In this document: in pieces, positions 37,807-46,744 of the stretch | How positions within the stretch are numbered: the first letter of the stretch is position 1 | How the letters are laid out: every line of letters begins with the position of its first letter | From: an uncultured Bacteroides sp. | GTDB lineage: Bacteria; Bacillota; Clostridia; Christensenellales; CAG-917 | Length of the DNA stretch: 64,000 nt | Assembly: GCA_964644355.1 (NCBI GenBank) | Contig: CAZXUW010000001.1 | Location: 106,060 to 170,059, forward strand | Reading direction: 5' to 3' | Translations under genes and position numbers: made by a program | Notes under the pieces: generated by a model | What the model was told of the DNA's origin: nothing | Seen by the model: the letters and a program-made list of their open reading frames with translations, nothing else | The model's database searches: none

Positions 37807-38898
37807 ATGGATATTGCAAACATAGAAAAGCGTACACTCAAAGACTGCGACGTGTTTATAGGCAGAGGACTTGAAAAGGAGTTTCTGCCAAGACTTGAAG
37901 GGGTTTTTGAAAGCGGTACGCTTGTTGTCGTGTATGAAAACGAGAGCATTTCGCTTGCGTGTACTCTCATGCGAGAGCTGAAAAGAGGTGGATACAGAGT
38001 GATGGCAAAATGCGTACAAGAGGAGAGTGAAGTTGAAGAATTTGCGCGCTATGTTTTTTGCGTAGGAGAGGATGACGCAATCGCCCTAGCAAAGCAGATT
38101 TCAAAGGAGCTGAACGTTGGTTGGTCACTGTTTGTAGTTGCTCCTACAAGTGATGGCGTAATGTGCAATAATCCACCAAAACAGGTGTTTATCGATGAAA
38201 ATGTGCTGTTAAAATGCCAAAACGAGCAATTGGGTGCAGGATACGGAGTGCTGTTGTCAAGCCGTGTCACGGCATTTGAAAACGAGTTTATGCGTTGCGT
38301 GCTGGACTCTCAAACGCCCGATATCGAGATAGCTGACGGAGTGGATATTGATAGATGCGAGCTTGTATACGACATTTTGAAACTGTCTGCAAACAAGACG
38401 TCGTCAAGCGGTGTCGAGCTTGTTGGCAAGGTTATGAGGGCAATGGCATTCGGCAAGGGAAAAACACCTCGCAGAGAGGGGGAGTATAGATTTTTGGCAG
38501 GGGCGGTTTTGAGTGCGTTATATTCTTCTTTTTTAGGTTCGCTTTCAATTGATTGCACACCTCCGCCTTGCGTGTATGCGGATTTGGACAGATTGAATTC
38601 ACTTGCAATAAATGTTGAAAACAGGTGCAAATGCATTGACTTTTTTGACGTTAGCAGTTATTTTAGAATTAGTTATATATTATCCGAGTACAGACTTGAT
38701 TTGCTAGACAAGCTTGGCGGTGTCGATATGCGTGGCATTGAAAGGTTTTGGCGTAGGTTATATAAAGATGCCGGCTATTGGCTCAAGGGAGAAATCACTG
38801 CAAGCGAAGTGCTTGAGTGCGTGTATCTTGCAGGCGTTATGAGTGACGGGCTTTTGGGCTATGTGTATGCTTTGGGTATGATGAACAAATTTGTATAA
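37807..38898 (+). CDS. Hypothetical protein, possibly a degenerate DHQS/glycerol-1-phosphate dehydrogenase-like fold
   Basis: AGGAGG lies 5 nt before the ATG at 37807. VFCVGEDDAIALAK sits where GGGS.ID.AK is expected, and VVAPTSDGV resembles IPT..S.DG. No metal-ligand His were noticed. Confidence 0.4.
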   Translation: MDIANIEKRTLKDCDVFIGRGLEKEFLPRLEGVFESGTLVVVYENESISLACTLMRELKRGGYRVMAKCVQEESEVEEFARYVFCVGEDDAIALAKQISKELNVGWSLFVVAPTSDGVMCNNPPKQVFIDENVLLKCQNEQLGAGYGVLLSSRVTAFENEFMRCVLDSQTPDIEIADGVDIDRCELVYDILKLSANKTSSSGVELVGKVMRAMAFGKGKTPRREGEYRFLAGAVLSALYSSFLGSLSIDCTPPPCVYADLDRLNSLAINVENRCKCIDFFDVSSYFRISYILSEYRLDLLDKLGGVDMRGIERFWRRLYKDAGYWLKGEITASEVLECVYLAGVMSDGLLGYVYALGMMNKFV

Positions 38899-38917
38899 AA
38901 CGTTACAAGAGGATAAA

Positions 38918-39706
38918 ATGAAAAACATAAAAGACGTTGAATTGTTTGTATTTGACCTTGACGGCACCGTGTATATAGGTGACAACGAGATTGACGGTTC
39001 GTTTGAGGCAATCAACAAATTGAGAGCAATGGGCAAGCGTATATGCTTTTTCACAAACAACTCATCGAGAATGCACACCGACTATATCGCAAGGCTGAAC
39101 AATCTCGGCTTGCGTACCTATGCCGATGAAATATACACAAGCGGTCAAGTTACGTGCGAGTATTTGCTTGACAACTATCGTGGCAAAAAGGTGTATTTAC
39201 TTGGCAACGAGCGCCTCAAGAGTGAATTTGAGCTTTATGGAATTGAAGTTGTTGACGACAATCCGGACATATGCGTCATAGGCTTTGACACATCATTGAC
39301 ATATGACAGACTGTACAAATTCTGCTCCTATATCAACGAGGGGCTTCCGTATATTGCAACGCACCCGGATTATTTTTGTCCTGCTCCAAACTGTCCAATG
39401 CCTGACATCGGTGCACTCATTGAGGCAATCAGGCTCACGGTTGGACGCACACCGGACGTCATCATGGGCAAACCCCATAAGATAGCAGGCGAGAGACTTG
39501 CAATGAAATACAACCTTCCTGCAAAGAAAATTGCAATGGTTGGTGATCGTCTTTACACTGACGTTGCGTTTGGCAAAAACTGCGGATTTGTGTCCATCCT
39601 TGTGCTTTCGGGAGAGACGACGGCTGATATGCTCAAAGGCTCCAAAGTCAAACCGGACTATGTGTTGGACAAGGTCAAAGACATCATCCCAATGCTTGAA
39701 AAATAG
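38918..39706 (+). CDS. HAD-IIA family sugar-phosphate phosphatase (NagD/AraL-like)
   Basis: It has the DLDGTVY nucleophile motif, FFTNNSS, MVGDRLYTDV and SILVLSGET. Confidence 0.85.
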   Translation: MKNIKDVELFVFDLDGTVYIGDNEIDGSFEAINKLRAMGKRICFFTNNSSRMHTDYIARLNNLGLRTYADEIYTSGQVTCEYLLDNYRGKKVYLLGNERLKSEFELYGIEVVDDNPDICVIGFDTSLTYDRLYKFCSYINEGLPYIATHPDYFCPAPNCPMPDIGALIEAIRLTVGRTPDVIMGKPHKIAGERLAMKYNLPAKKIAMVGDRLYTDVAFGKNCGFVSILVLSGETTADMLKGSKVKPDYVLDKVKDIIPMLEK

Positions 39707-39740
39707 TTTATAATGCAAAAAAAATACTTAAAACATCAAA

Positions 39741-39763
39741 AACGGCTTGATAAAGCCGTTTTT
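39741..39763. terminator. Bidirectional terminator
   Basis: Stem AACGGCTT/AAGCCGTT, flanked by A/T runs between convergent genes. Confidence 0.7.
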
Positions 39764-39784
39764 GTGTTGATTGGATAAAGTTTT

Positions 39785-40465
39785 TCATTTTTCCGAAGTT
39801 ACGATAACCTCAAGGGGGTTGACACATTCTCCGTCCTTCAAAAGCTCAAAGTGTAGGTGTGCACCGTCAAGACTTTCACTTCCTTGCGAGGTGGACATTT
39901 TGCCGAGAAGTTGCCCTTGCTTTACGCTTGAGCCGACCTTTAGAGAACACTCCTCACCCAAAGACAAATATCTCGATTCATAGCCGTTGTCGTGAGATAT
40001 GCACACGTAGTATCCGTCAAGGGCATTGTATCCCACTTCTTTGATTGTGCCATCGCAAGATGCGTAGACGTTGCCGTCGTCCGAGACAAAGTCGAGGGCT
40101 AGGTGCGTGGCATACTGCTTCAAGGTTTGATTCCACACAACGAGAGTATCCGAATAATTGTTGCTTACGCTGCCGTCATTGCAAGGCGCATAGAATTTTT
40201 GCTCCTTGACGGTGGGTGTTGGGTTTACAGGCTCATTGGGTTTGTCGGGATTGACAACAGGCTCGTTGGGAGTGTCAGTCGTGCCACTTGGTGTGTCGTC
40301 AATACTTCCAACAGGAATATCGGTATTTGGCAAAGCACTCTCACGAGTGACCGCAAGGGCGATTACTGTCGCAACGGATGCCAAGCACAGTATGATAAGG
40401 AAATAGACGGCGTTGCGTTTGAAAAATCCGCCGATACGTTTCAAAGTTGCTGATGTTTTGCTCAT
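39785..40465 (-). CDS. M23 family metallopeptidase with an N-terminal membrane anchor
   Basis: It has a TM segment (VYFLIILCLASVATVIALAV), a Pro/Asn-rich linker, and LytM motifs (HLALDF, GAHLHFELL). Confidence 0.85.
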   Translation of the reverse strand: MSKTSATLKRIGGFFKRNAVYFLIILCLASVATVIALAVTRESALPNTDIPVGSIDDTPSGTTDTPNEPVVNPDKPNEPVNPTPTVKEQKFYAPCNDGSVSNNYSDTLVVWNQTLKQYATHLALDFVSDDGNVYASCDGTIKEVGYNALDGYYVCISHDNGYESRYLSLGEECSLKVGSSVKQGQLLGKMSTSQGSESLDGAHLHFELLKDGECVNPLEVIVTSEK

Positions 40466-40625
40466 TTTATACCTCCAATTTGCATTGATTATGTCCGCAA
40501 AAGTGGCAAGATATACGTTGTTTGCAAATTTTTTTCAAGAGAATTGCATTAAAGAAAACTTAAATGCACATCATTGATATGGCATAGTTGACGGGTTAAT
40601 AAACAAGTAGTATAATTTCTTTATT

Positions 40626-42137
40626 ATGGATATACACAAAAGCATATACGAGTTCATGAAGGATTACAGAGCAAAGGATGATGGCGATATTGCCCTTGTT
40701 CGTGGTTCTTGCAAAATGAATTTCGGCACATTTTTCAAGCAAATAGACAGAGTTGCCGGGGGCTTGTACGCACTGGGTGTACGCAAAGGTGACGTTGTTA
40801 TGCTGGCTCTCCCCAACATAATGCAGTGCATTGTTGCTGTTTATGCATGTTCTCGCATAGGAGCAATTGCCAGCATGATTCATCCAAAACTCGGTGATGA
40901 AGAGGTGAGTCTTGCCGTCAACAAGCTTAAGCCCAAAGTCATTTTTTTGAGTGATATAAATCGTCGTGCTTATTTCAAGGTTTCAAGAGGCACAAAGAGA
41001 GTTGTGTGCCATTTCGGTTTGTATGATTATATGGGGTTGCCACACGGCAGTTTTGTGCCGTATGTCGGTGACGGTGAAGAAATTGCTTTTTATATGCAGT
41101 CGGGTGGCACTTCGGGCGAGCCAAAGACGGTGGCAATCTCCTCACGTTCCGCAAATGCCATGGCGGGCAACTTGCTTGTGTATTTGGGAGATAAATTCAG
41201 CGAGAAAAACGCAATGCTCACCGTGCTTCCAATGTTTCACGGCTTTGGACTGTGCGTAGGCGTGCATGCGTCCATATCCACCAATATGAGAGCTGTTTTG
41301 CAACCCGTTTTCAATGCAAAAAAGACAACCAAAATCATTGCAAAAAATCATATCACCACAATGCTTGCCGTGCCAAGAATGGTGCAAAAACTTCTTGATT
41401 GCGACACGTTTAGAGGGGAGAATATCCGCTCGCTTGAGGATGTGTACGTCGGCGGTGATCTCGTTGGTGAGGATCTTGTTGAACGATTTGACAAGCGCAT
41501 GCAAGAGTGCGGTGGCAAAGGCGTGCTCTCCCCGGGCTACGGGCTTACGGAAACGGTTAGCGTTTGTGCCGTGTCCAAGGGCGATTTTGTGAGTGGCTCC
41601 GTTGGCAAGCCGATATGCGACGTCAATACAAAGATTGTCGATGACAATCTTTGCGAGGTTGCCGTCGGTGAGGTTGGCGAATTGTTGCTAGACACTCCCC
41701 AGATGATGAGCGGATACGTGGATGATCCTCAAGCCACACAGAACACAATCGCACTGATTGACGGAAAGAAGTGGCTGAAAACAGGTGATTATTTCAAGAT
41801 GGACGAGCAGGGTAGACTGTTCTTTATGGGCAGAAAAAAGCGTCTTATCAAGATTTCCGGCGTCAACGTATTTCCAAGTGAAATTGAAAGAGTGGCAAAA
41901 GAGCTTGATTTTGTAGGCGAATGCGCTGCAATCGAGTATAGAATCGGTGGCAAGCCGTACATTAAATTGCTTGTGGAGGGGGATATTTCCCCGGAGCAAA
42001 AACAGCATACTCAGGCACATATTGCAAAACGTCTGTCCCATTGGAACAAGCCGAACGTCATTGAGTGTGTGGAAACTTTCCCCCGCACAAGAATGAGCAA
42101 AATCGACATTGAGGAGCTAAAAAGAAGATATTCATAA
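40626..42137 (+). CDS. AMP-binding acyl-CoA ligase family protein
   Basis: It has the A3 motif YMQSGGTSGEPKTV, the A5 motif GYGLTET, the A7/A8 motifs TGDYFKMDEQGRLFFMGRKKRLIK, and a C-terminal K (MSKIDI). Confidence 0.88.
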   Translation: MDIHKSIYEFMKDYRAKDDGDIALVRGSCKMNFGTFFKQIDRVAGGLYALGVRKGDVVMLALPNIMQCIVAVYACSRIGAIASMIHPKLGDEEVSLAVNKLKPKVIFLSDINRRAYFKVSRGTKRVVCHFGLYDYMGLPHGSFVPYVGDGEEIAFYMQSGGTSGEPKTVAISSRSANAMAGNLLVYLGDKFSEKNAMLTVLPMFHGFGLCVGVHASISTNMRAVLQPVFNAKKTTKIIAKNHITTMLAVPRMVQKLLDCDTFRGENIRSLEDVYVGGDLVGEDLVERFDKRMQECGGKGVLSPGYGLTETVSVCAVSKGDFVSGSVGKPICDVNTKIVDDNLCEVAVGEVGELLLDTPQMMSGYVDDPQATQNTIALIDGKKWLKTGDYFKMDEQGRLFFMGRKKRLIKISGVNVFPSEIERVAKELDFVGECAAIEYRIGGKPYIKLLVEGDISPEQKQHTQAHIAKRLSHWNKPNVIECVETFPRTRMSKIDIEELKRRYS

Positions 42138-42194
42138 AATCGCATAACAGCACAATATCATATGCATAATTGTATTTATGAAAATATGCAAAAA

Positions 42195-42224
42195 CGCTTG
42201 CAATATAAGGCAAGCGTTTTTTTT
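42195..42224. terminator. Bidirectional terminator
   Basis: Stem CGCTTGC/GCAAGCG with an A-run upstream and 8 T downstream. Confidence 0.8.
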
Positions 42225-42377
42225 GTGCATATCAACGTTTTATGATATGAAAATATGCGTATTTGTGCATATATGCAACAGGTTTTTTGCTTAAAAATTG
42301 TCGTTTTTTTGATGGTTTTTACGCTGTTTTTTTGTGTGCTTTTGCGTTGTTTTCTTCAAAAAGTTGGCGAAGTAAAT

Positions 42378-43799
42378 TTATTTTTCAACAAGATTTCCGT
42401 CTGTCATCTTCATAGGCTTTTGGGTGCCGTCGGGGTAGACGAGAGTAAGCTTTTTTGCCGAGCCCGTCTTTTTCCAAACACCAACAAGCTTGCATCCTGT
42501 CTTAATCACGATTTCGCTTCCGTCTTTGTTTTTCCAGACTGTTTCTATGGGGAAAAGCAAAGTGCCCTCACCGTGCATTTCATCGTTTTCCCATTCACCG
42601 TCATAGTAACTCAGGTCTGTATAATACATGGTTCCTTTGCCGTGTTTTTTATCATTTTTCCAGTCACCCGCATACCAGCCGTCTGCGTAATACATTGTTG
42701 CAAATCCCTGTCGTTTGCCCTTGTGGAGTTTTCCAACGTACTTTCCGTCAGGATATTCGATAGTGCTTTGGTCATCGGCACTTGCTTGATTGTTTTTTAC
42801 ATTGTCTTTTGGTGGGGTGTTTGATTCTGCGGTTGTGCTTTTTTTGACATTGCCCTCTGATGATGCCGTCTTTTTGGGTGATGCGGTTTTTGGCAAACAC
42901 ACACTTGCATCGACCACGTCACCAAGGCTTATTTGCTTGCCATTGTCATATTCTGCGGTGCGTTTTGTGCCGTTTATAAAATACCACACGCCCTTGCCGT
43001 GAGTCTTGCCGTGTTGCCAATTGCCCTCAAAGCGTTTGCCGTTGTCATAGTACATTGTACCACTGCCGTGGATATGGTCTTTGTCAAACGTGCCAACGTA
43101 GTAGCGATTGGCACTCATAAAGTATATGCCTTTGCCTTGCTTTTTGCCGTCTTTTATTTCACCGACATACACGGCGCCGTCTGGATAGTCAATTCTAATC
43201 GAAGCGGTGTCGATAACGTTTCCGTTATAGTCATAGTAGACAGTTGGCGAGATTCGCTCGCCATCTTTATATGTTGAAGTGGCTTTGATTTTGAGGAATG
43301 GATAGAACGTTGTGGATGCGCCTTGGGATTGACCGTTTACAAAAGTGCTAACCACTTTTCTGCCGTCTACATAATTGATGGTTGTTGTTCCGTGCCATTT
43401 GCCGTGATTGAAAGTGCCTTCATAGACGGAGCCGTCAGGAGCATACAGCTTGCTTTTGCCGTGTGGCTGGTAGTCTTCATCCCAATCGCCATATTGCTTG
43501 AAGCCATCGTTGAAATAATAGGTGCCATGCACAAAGTGATCGTAACTAAATCTTCCTTCACAACGTGAGCCGTTTGCAAAGTACATGGTGCCGTTGCCAT
43601 GTCTTTCATCATGTGCAAATTCGCCCACGTATCTGTTGCCGTTGGCATTGTAGTATGTGCCGTGTCCGTGAAATTTGCCGTTTTTCCACTCACCGCGATA
43701 TGAGTTGCCGTTGTCGTAGTAGATTTCACCATAGCCGTGTGCAACACCGCCCATTATATCTCCATCGTAATAGCCACCATCAAAACTTAAAAAAGCCAT
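42378..43799 (-). CDS. MORN repeat-containing protein (two MORN arrays split by a Lys/Ser/Thr-rich linker)
   Basis: It has many repeats of the form Y.G.W.NGK.HG.G (YRGEWKNGKFHGHGTYYNANGNRYVGEF...). I chose the start at 43799 (MAFLSF), which has a GGAGAG RBS. There is no signal peptide. Confidence 0.85.
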   Translation of the reverse strand: MAFLSFDGGYYDGDIMGGVAHGYGEIYYDNGNSYRGEWKNGKFHGHGTYYNANGNRYVGEFAHDERHGNGTMYFANGSRCEGRFSYDHFVHGTYYFNDGFKQYGDWDEDYQPHGKSKLYAPDGSVYEGTFNHGKWHGTTTINYVDGRKVVSTFVNGQSQGASTTFYPFLKIKATSTYKDGERISPTVYYDYNGNVIDTASIRIDYPDGAVYVGEIKDGKKQGKGIYFMSANRYYVGTFDKDHIHGSGTMYYDNGKRFEGNWQHGKTHGKGVWYFINGTKRTAEYDNGKQISLGDVVDASVCLPKTASPKKTASSEGNVKKSTTAESNTPPKDNVKNNQASADDQSTIEYPDGKYVGKLHKGKRQGFATMYYADGWYAGDWKNDKKHGKGTMYYTDLSYYDGEWENDEMHGEGTLLFPIETVWKNKDGSEIVIKTGCKLVGVWKKTGSAKKLTLVYPDGTQKPMKMTDGNLVEK

Positions 43800-43948
43800 A
43801 ATACTCTCCAAATGTAATATGTGCTGATTATAGCACATACGCAAGCCCAATGCAATATGCATTGTTTAATTGCAAAAAGTTGTTTAGAAAAGATGGTGAT
43901 TTTCAATTTTTCATATCAAATTCGCCAAAGTCGTCATATAACTTTATT

Positions 43949-45373
43949 ATGAGATTTTCAAAGGGAATGAGCGGGCATTTTATAGGCATTGGCGGAGTGG
44001 GCGTCAATGCACTTGCAAAATTTATGCTGGATTTCGGCATAAGCGTAAGCGGAAGTGACGAAAAAAACAACACGCTTTGTGAGAGTTTGACAGCAAGGGG
44101 AGCAGAGATATTTTGTAGTGAAAAAACGCTGAAAAACGATGTGAAAAACTGCATAAAACAAGCGGATTTTGTGTGCTTTTCCTCTGCGATTCCTAAAGAT
44201 AATTGTGAGCTTGCGTATGCAAAATCGCTAGGGAAAACAATTTTTGAAAGGCATGAATTGCTTGCGGAAATATCCTTGCTTTTTTCAAAAGTGATTGCCA
44301 TTGCAGGTACACACGGAAAGACAACCACCACGGCTATGCTTGTGCAAATTTTACTGGATAACAAGCAAAAATTTGTGGGGATGATAGGCGGTGAGAGTGT
44401 AGATTTTTCAAATTATGTCAACAATACGTTTGTGAGCAGTTTTGAGGAGCTAAAGGAGTGTGTTTTTGTATGTGAGGCGTGCGAGTATAAACGCAATTTG
44501 CTCTCGCTAAAACCGCATATAGCGGTTGTCACCAATGCCGAACTCGATCATCCGGACAGCTATCAAAATATGCAGAGTGTGAATGCTGCTTTTGCAACCT
44601 TTCTTGACAAGACAGATACAAAAATCATAGACGGTGAACACAGCTATCTTATCGGCAAAAAGCGCGGAGTCAAAATGTGCGGACAATACGTTGTGGAGAG
44701 CTATTGCCAAGATGACGTGAGCAGGTTGAAATGCAGTTTCAAAAAGGATAAAGCGGTTGTGCGTATAGGTGGCAACAGACATAAATTAACGCTTGAAAAC
44801 GGCGGTGAGTATAACTATAAAAACGCATGTTTTGCCATTGCCGTTGCGGTTGCTTTGGGATTGAAAAGCGAGGATATCATACCGTCACTTGAAAGATTCA
44901 AAGGCGTCAAACGTCGGTTTGAATATGTAGGCGTCCTTGGCAATGCAAAGGTGTATTTTGATTTTGCACATCATCCAAGCGAAATTGCTTGCGTCATAAA
45001 AAAGGCAAGAGATATGGGCAAATTGCTTGTGATTTTTCAACCGCACACCTATTCGAGAACGCAGGCGTATTTAAGTGATTTTGCAAGGTCGCTTGCACAA
45101 AAACACAATGGTGTTGACGCGCTTGTGCTTATGCGTGTTTATGGAGCAAGAGAGCAAAAATTTGACGGTGTGGATAGTGACGTTTTGCAAAAAGAAATTT
45201 TCGACAAATTTCGCAAAAAGGATGTTTATCTTGTCAATAGTCATCAATCAACCATTGATTTTGTCATATCGCACGCAAATGAGTATGACGTGATTCTGCT
45301 TTTAGGAGCCGGTGATATTTATGATATCAAGCGGAAATTGTTGTTGAAAAACGGCAATGGGGAAACACTCTAA
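43949..45373 (+). CDS. murC: UDP-N-acetylmuramate--L-alanine ligase
   Basis: It has HFIGIGGVGVNALAKFM and the Mur ligase P-loop IAGTHGKTTTTAM. The start is uncertain (43949 or 43967). Confidence 0.88.
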   Translation: MRFSKGMSGHFIGIGGVGVNALAKFMLDFGISVSGSDEKNNTLCESLTARGAEIFCSEKTLKNDVKNCIKQADFVCFSSAIPKDNCELAYAKSLGKTIFERHELLAEISLLFSKVIAIAGTHGKTTTTAMLVQILLDNKQKFVGMIGGESVDFSNYVNNTFVSSFEELKECVFVCEACEYKRNLLSLKPHIAVVTNAELDHPDSYQNMQSVNAAFATFLDKTDTKIIDGEHSYLIGKKRGVKMCGQYVVESYCQDDVSRLKCSFKKDKAVVRIGGNRHKLTLENGGEYNYKNACFAIAVAVALGLKSEDIIPSLERFKGVKRRFEYVGVLGNAKVYFDFAHHPSEIACVIKKARDMGKLLVIFQPHTYSRTQAYLSDFARSLAQKHNGVDALVLMRVYGAREQKFDGVDSDVLQKEIFDKFRKKDVYLVNSHQSTIDFVISHANEYDVILLLGAGDIYDIKRKLLLKNGNGETL

Positions 45374-45515
45374 TATTGATATATGCACATATCTGCATAC
45401 GATGATATGCCCACTATATAAAGCGAGAACAATGCAATATATTGTGCGCAAGTGCACATATCACCACACTCTAAAATCGGGTATGTCAATATGCATCGCC
45501 ACGCATATGAGAGTG

Positions 45516-45893
45516 CTAGATGATGTCTTCCGCATTGAAGTCCAAAAGCTTTTTGATGTTGTTTGCCATAACAATAAGAGACAGACATTTTGAGAGTGCG
45601 TTCTGATAGTCGTCGCACCTTATCGAGCCTTCCGTTTCAGCAAGGGCAACAGAGAATGCTCTCACGTCTGGCGAGAAGGCAAACAGCTCCATATACATGC
45701 GTCTTTGCTCCCACCACATTGTCAGCTCAACCACCTTGTCAAGGCTTTTGTCATCCTCTGCCTCTATGAGTTTTTCTATCTCTTTGAGTGAGACATCGAG
45801 GCTGTCAAAGGTCTTGTGAATGTAGCGATCTTCAAGTATTCCGCCAGTTATGATAACCGCAAGAATTAAAATGGCAAGCACGACTTTTTTCAT
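45516..45893 (-). CDS. DUF4363 family protein
   Basis: It is a small N-terminally anchored protein (MKKVVLAILILAVIITGG). It is translationally coupled (GTGATG overlap) to the upstream DUF421 gene, which is the usual pairing. Confidence 0.65.
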   Translation of the reverse strand: MKKVVLAILILAVIITGGILEDRYIHKTFDSLDVSLKEIEKLIEAEDDKSLDKVVELTMWWEQRRMYMELFAFSPDVRAFSVALAETEGSIRCDDYQNALSKCLSLIVMANNIKKLLDFNAEDII

Positions 45894-46714
45894 CACTCCA
45901 CCTCCGTGTTTTTGCCGTCCGTCTCTTGAGATGAGTCGTTGATTGAGGCGGGTGAGAGAAGCTCCTCTTTGTCGTGCATAAGCTCTTGGCAATCCTTTTG
46001 TTTTTGAGTCATCGTTGCGGTGATAAAATGGTCTTTGTATGGCTGTATAAACACCTGTTCACCGGCAACCAACAGCACAAGCACGTCGGATTGTTTTAGA
46101 CCAACAGAGCTTAAATATTCAAGCACTTTTTGCTTGATATCACCGTCTATTTGTGCAAGGTTTTCAGATATAAATTCACCCTCCATAATCACTGTGACGG
46201 GGATTTCAGCCTTGTCAACTTCAAGGCTTACGTCGTCGGGGGTGATAGGTCTATTTTGAGATTTTGGCATGACGCTCATATTGCCATTGGTTTCCAAAAT
46301 TGCATATTCAACTTCTGCAGGATTGAAATATCCCGCACCTCGCAACGCTTCCATAATGTCGTCGATATTGAGATTAAGCTCCTTCATCACGTCTGGCAAA
46401 ATGTTGCCGTTTTGGATGATAATGATAGGCTTTCCGTTGAGAAATTTGCGGAAACGCACGCTCTTTGTTGCAAGTTTTGTGATGATAATATGCACCAAAA
46501 ACAGCGAAAAAACAGGTATGATTCCATACAAAATAGGTATGGATGAATCTGCCATTGGTATGCACACAAGGTCGCTTGCAACAAGGGTTATGGCAAGCTC
46601 AAAGGGTTGCAATTCTCCAAGCTGTCGTTTGCCCATAAGTCGCATTGCTACAAGCAAAACAAAATATAATATCAAACAACGGATAAACAAATTCAGCATA
46701 TTGCTAGTTTGCAT
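45893..46714 (-). CDS. DUF421 (YetF/YrbG-like) membrane protein
   Basis: RLMGKRQLGELQPFELAITLV... and GKPIIIIQNGNILPDVMKELNLNIDDIMEALRGAGYFNPAEVEYAILETNGNMSV are the typical DUF421 core. Confidence 0.8.
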   Translation of the reverse strand: MQTSNMLNLFIRCLILYFVLLVAMRLMGKRQLGELQPFELAITLVASDLVCIPMADSSIPILYGIIPVFSLFLVHIIITKLATKSVRFRKFLNGKPIIIIQNGNILPDVMKELNLNIDDIMEALRGAGYFNPAEVEYAILETNGNMSVMPKSQNRPITPDDVSLEVDKAEIPVTVIMEGEFISENLAQIDGDIKQKVLEYLSSVGLKQSDVLVLLVAGEQVFIQPYKDHFITATMTQKQKDCQELMHDKEELLSPASINDSSQETDGKNTEVE

Positions 46715-46744
46715 ATCCGTTTTGGTTTTATGCCGGAGTATTTT

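Noticed and set aside
45374-45515. Palindromes (CAATATATTG; TGTGC-gcaagt-GCACA) between convergent murC and the DUF4363 gene, considered as terminators or operators.
   Set aside because: The stems are short, no flanking T-runs are present, and I could not tell them apart from chance palindromes.
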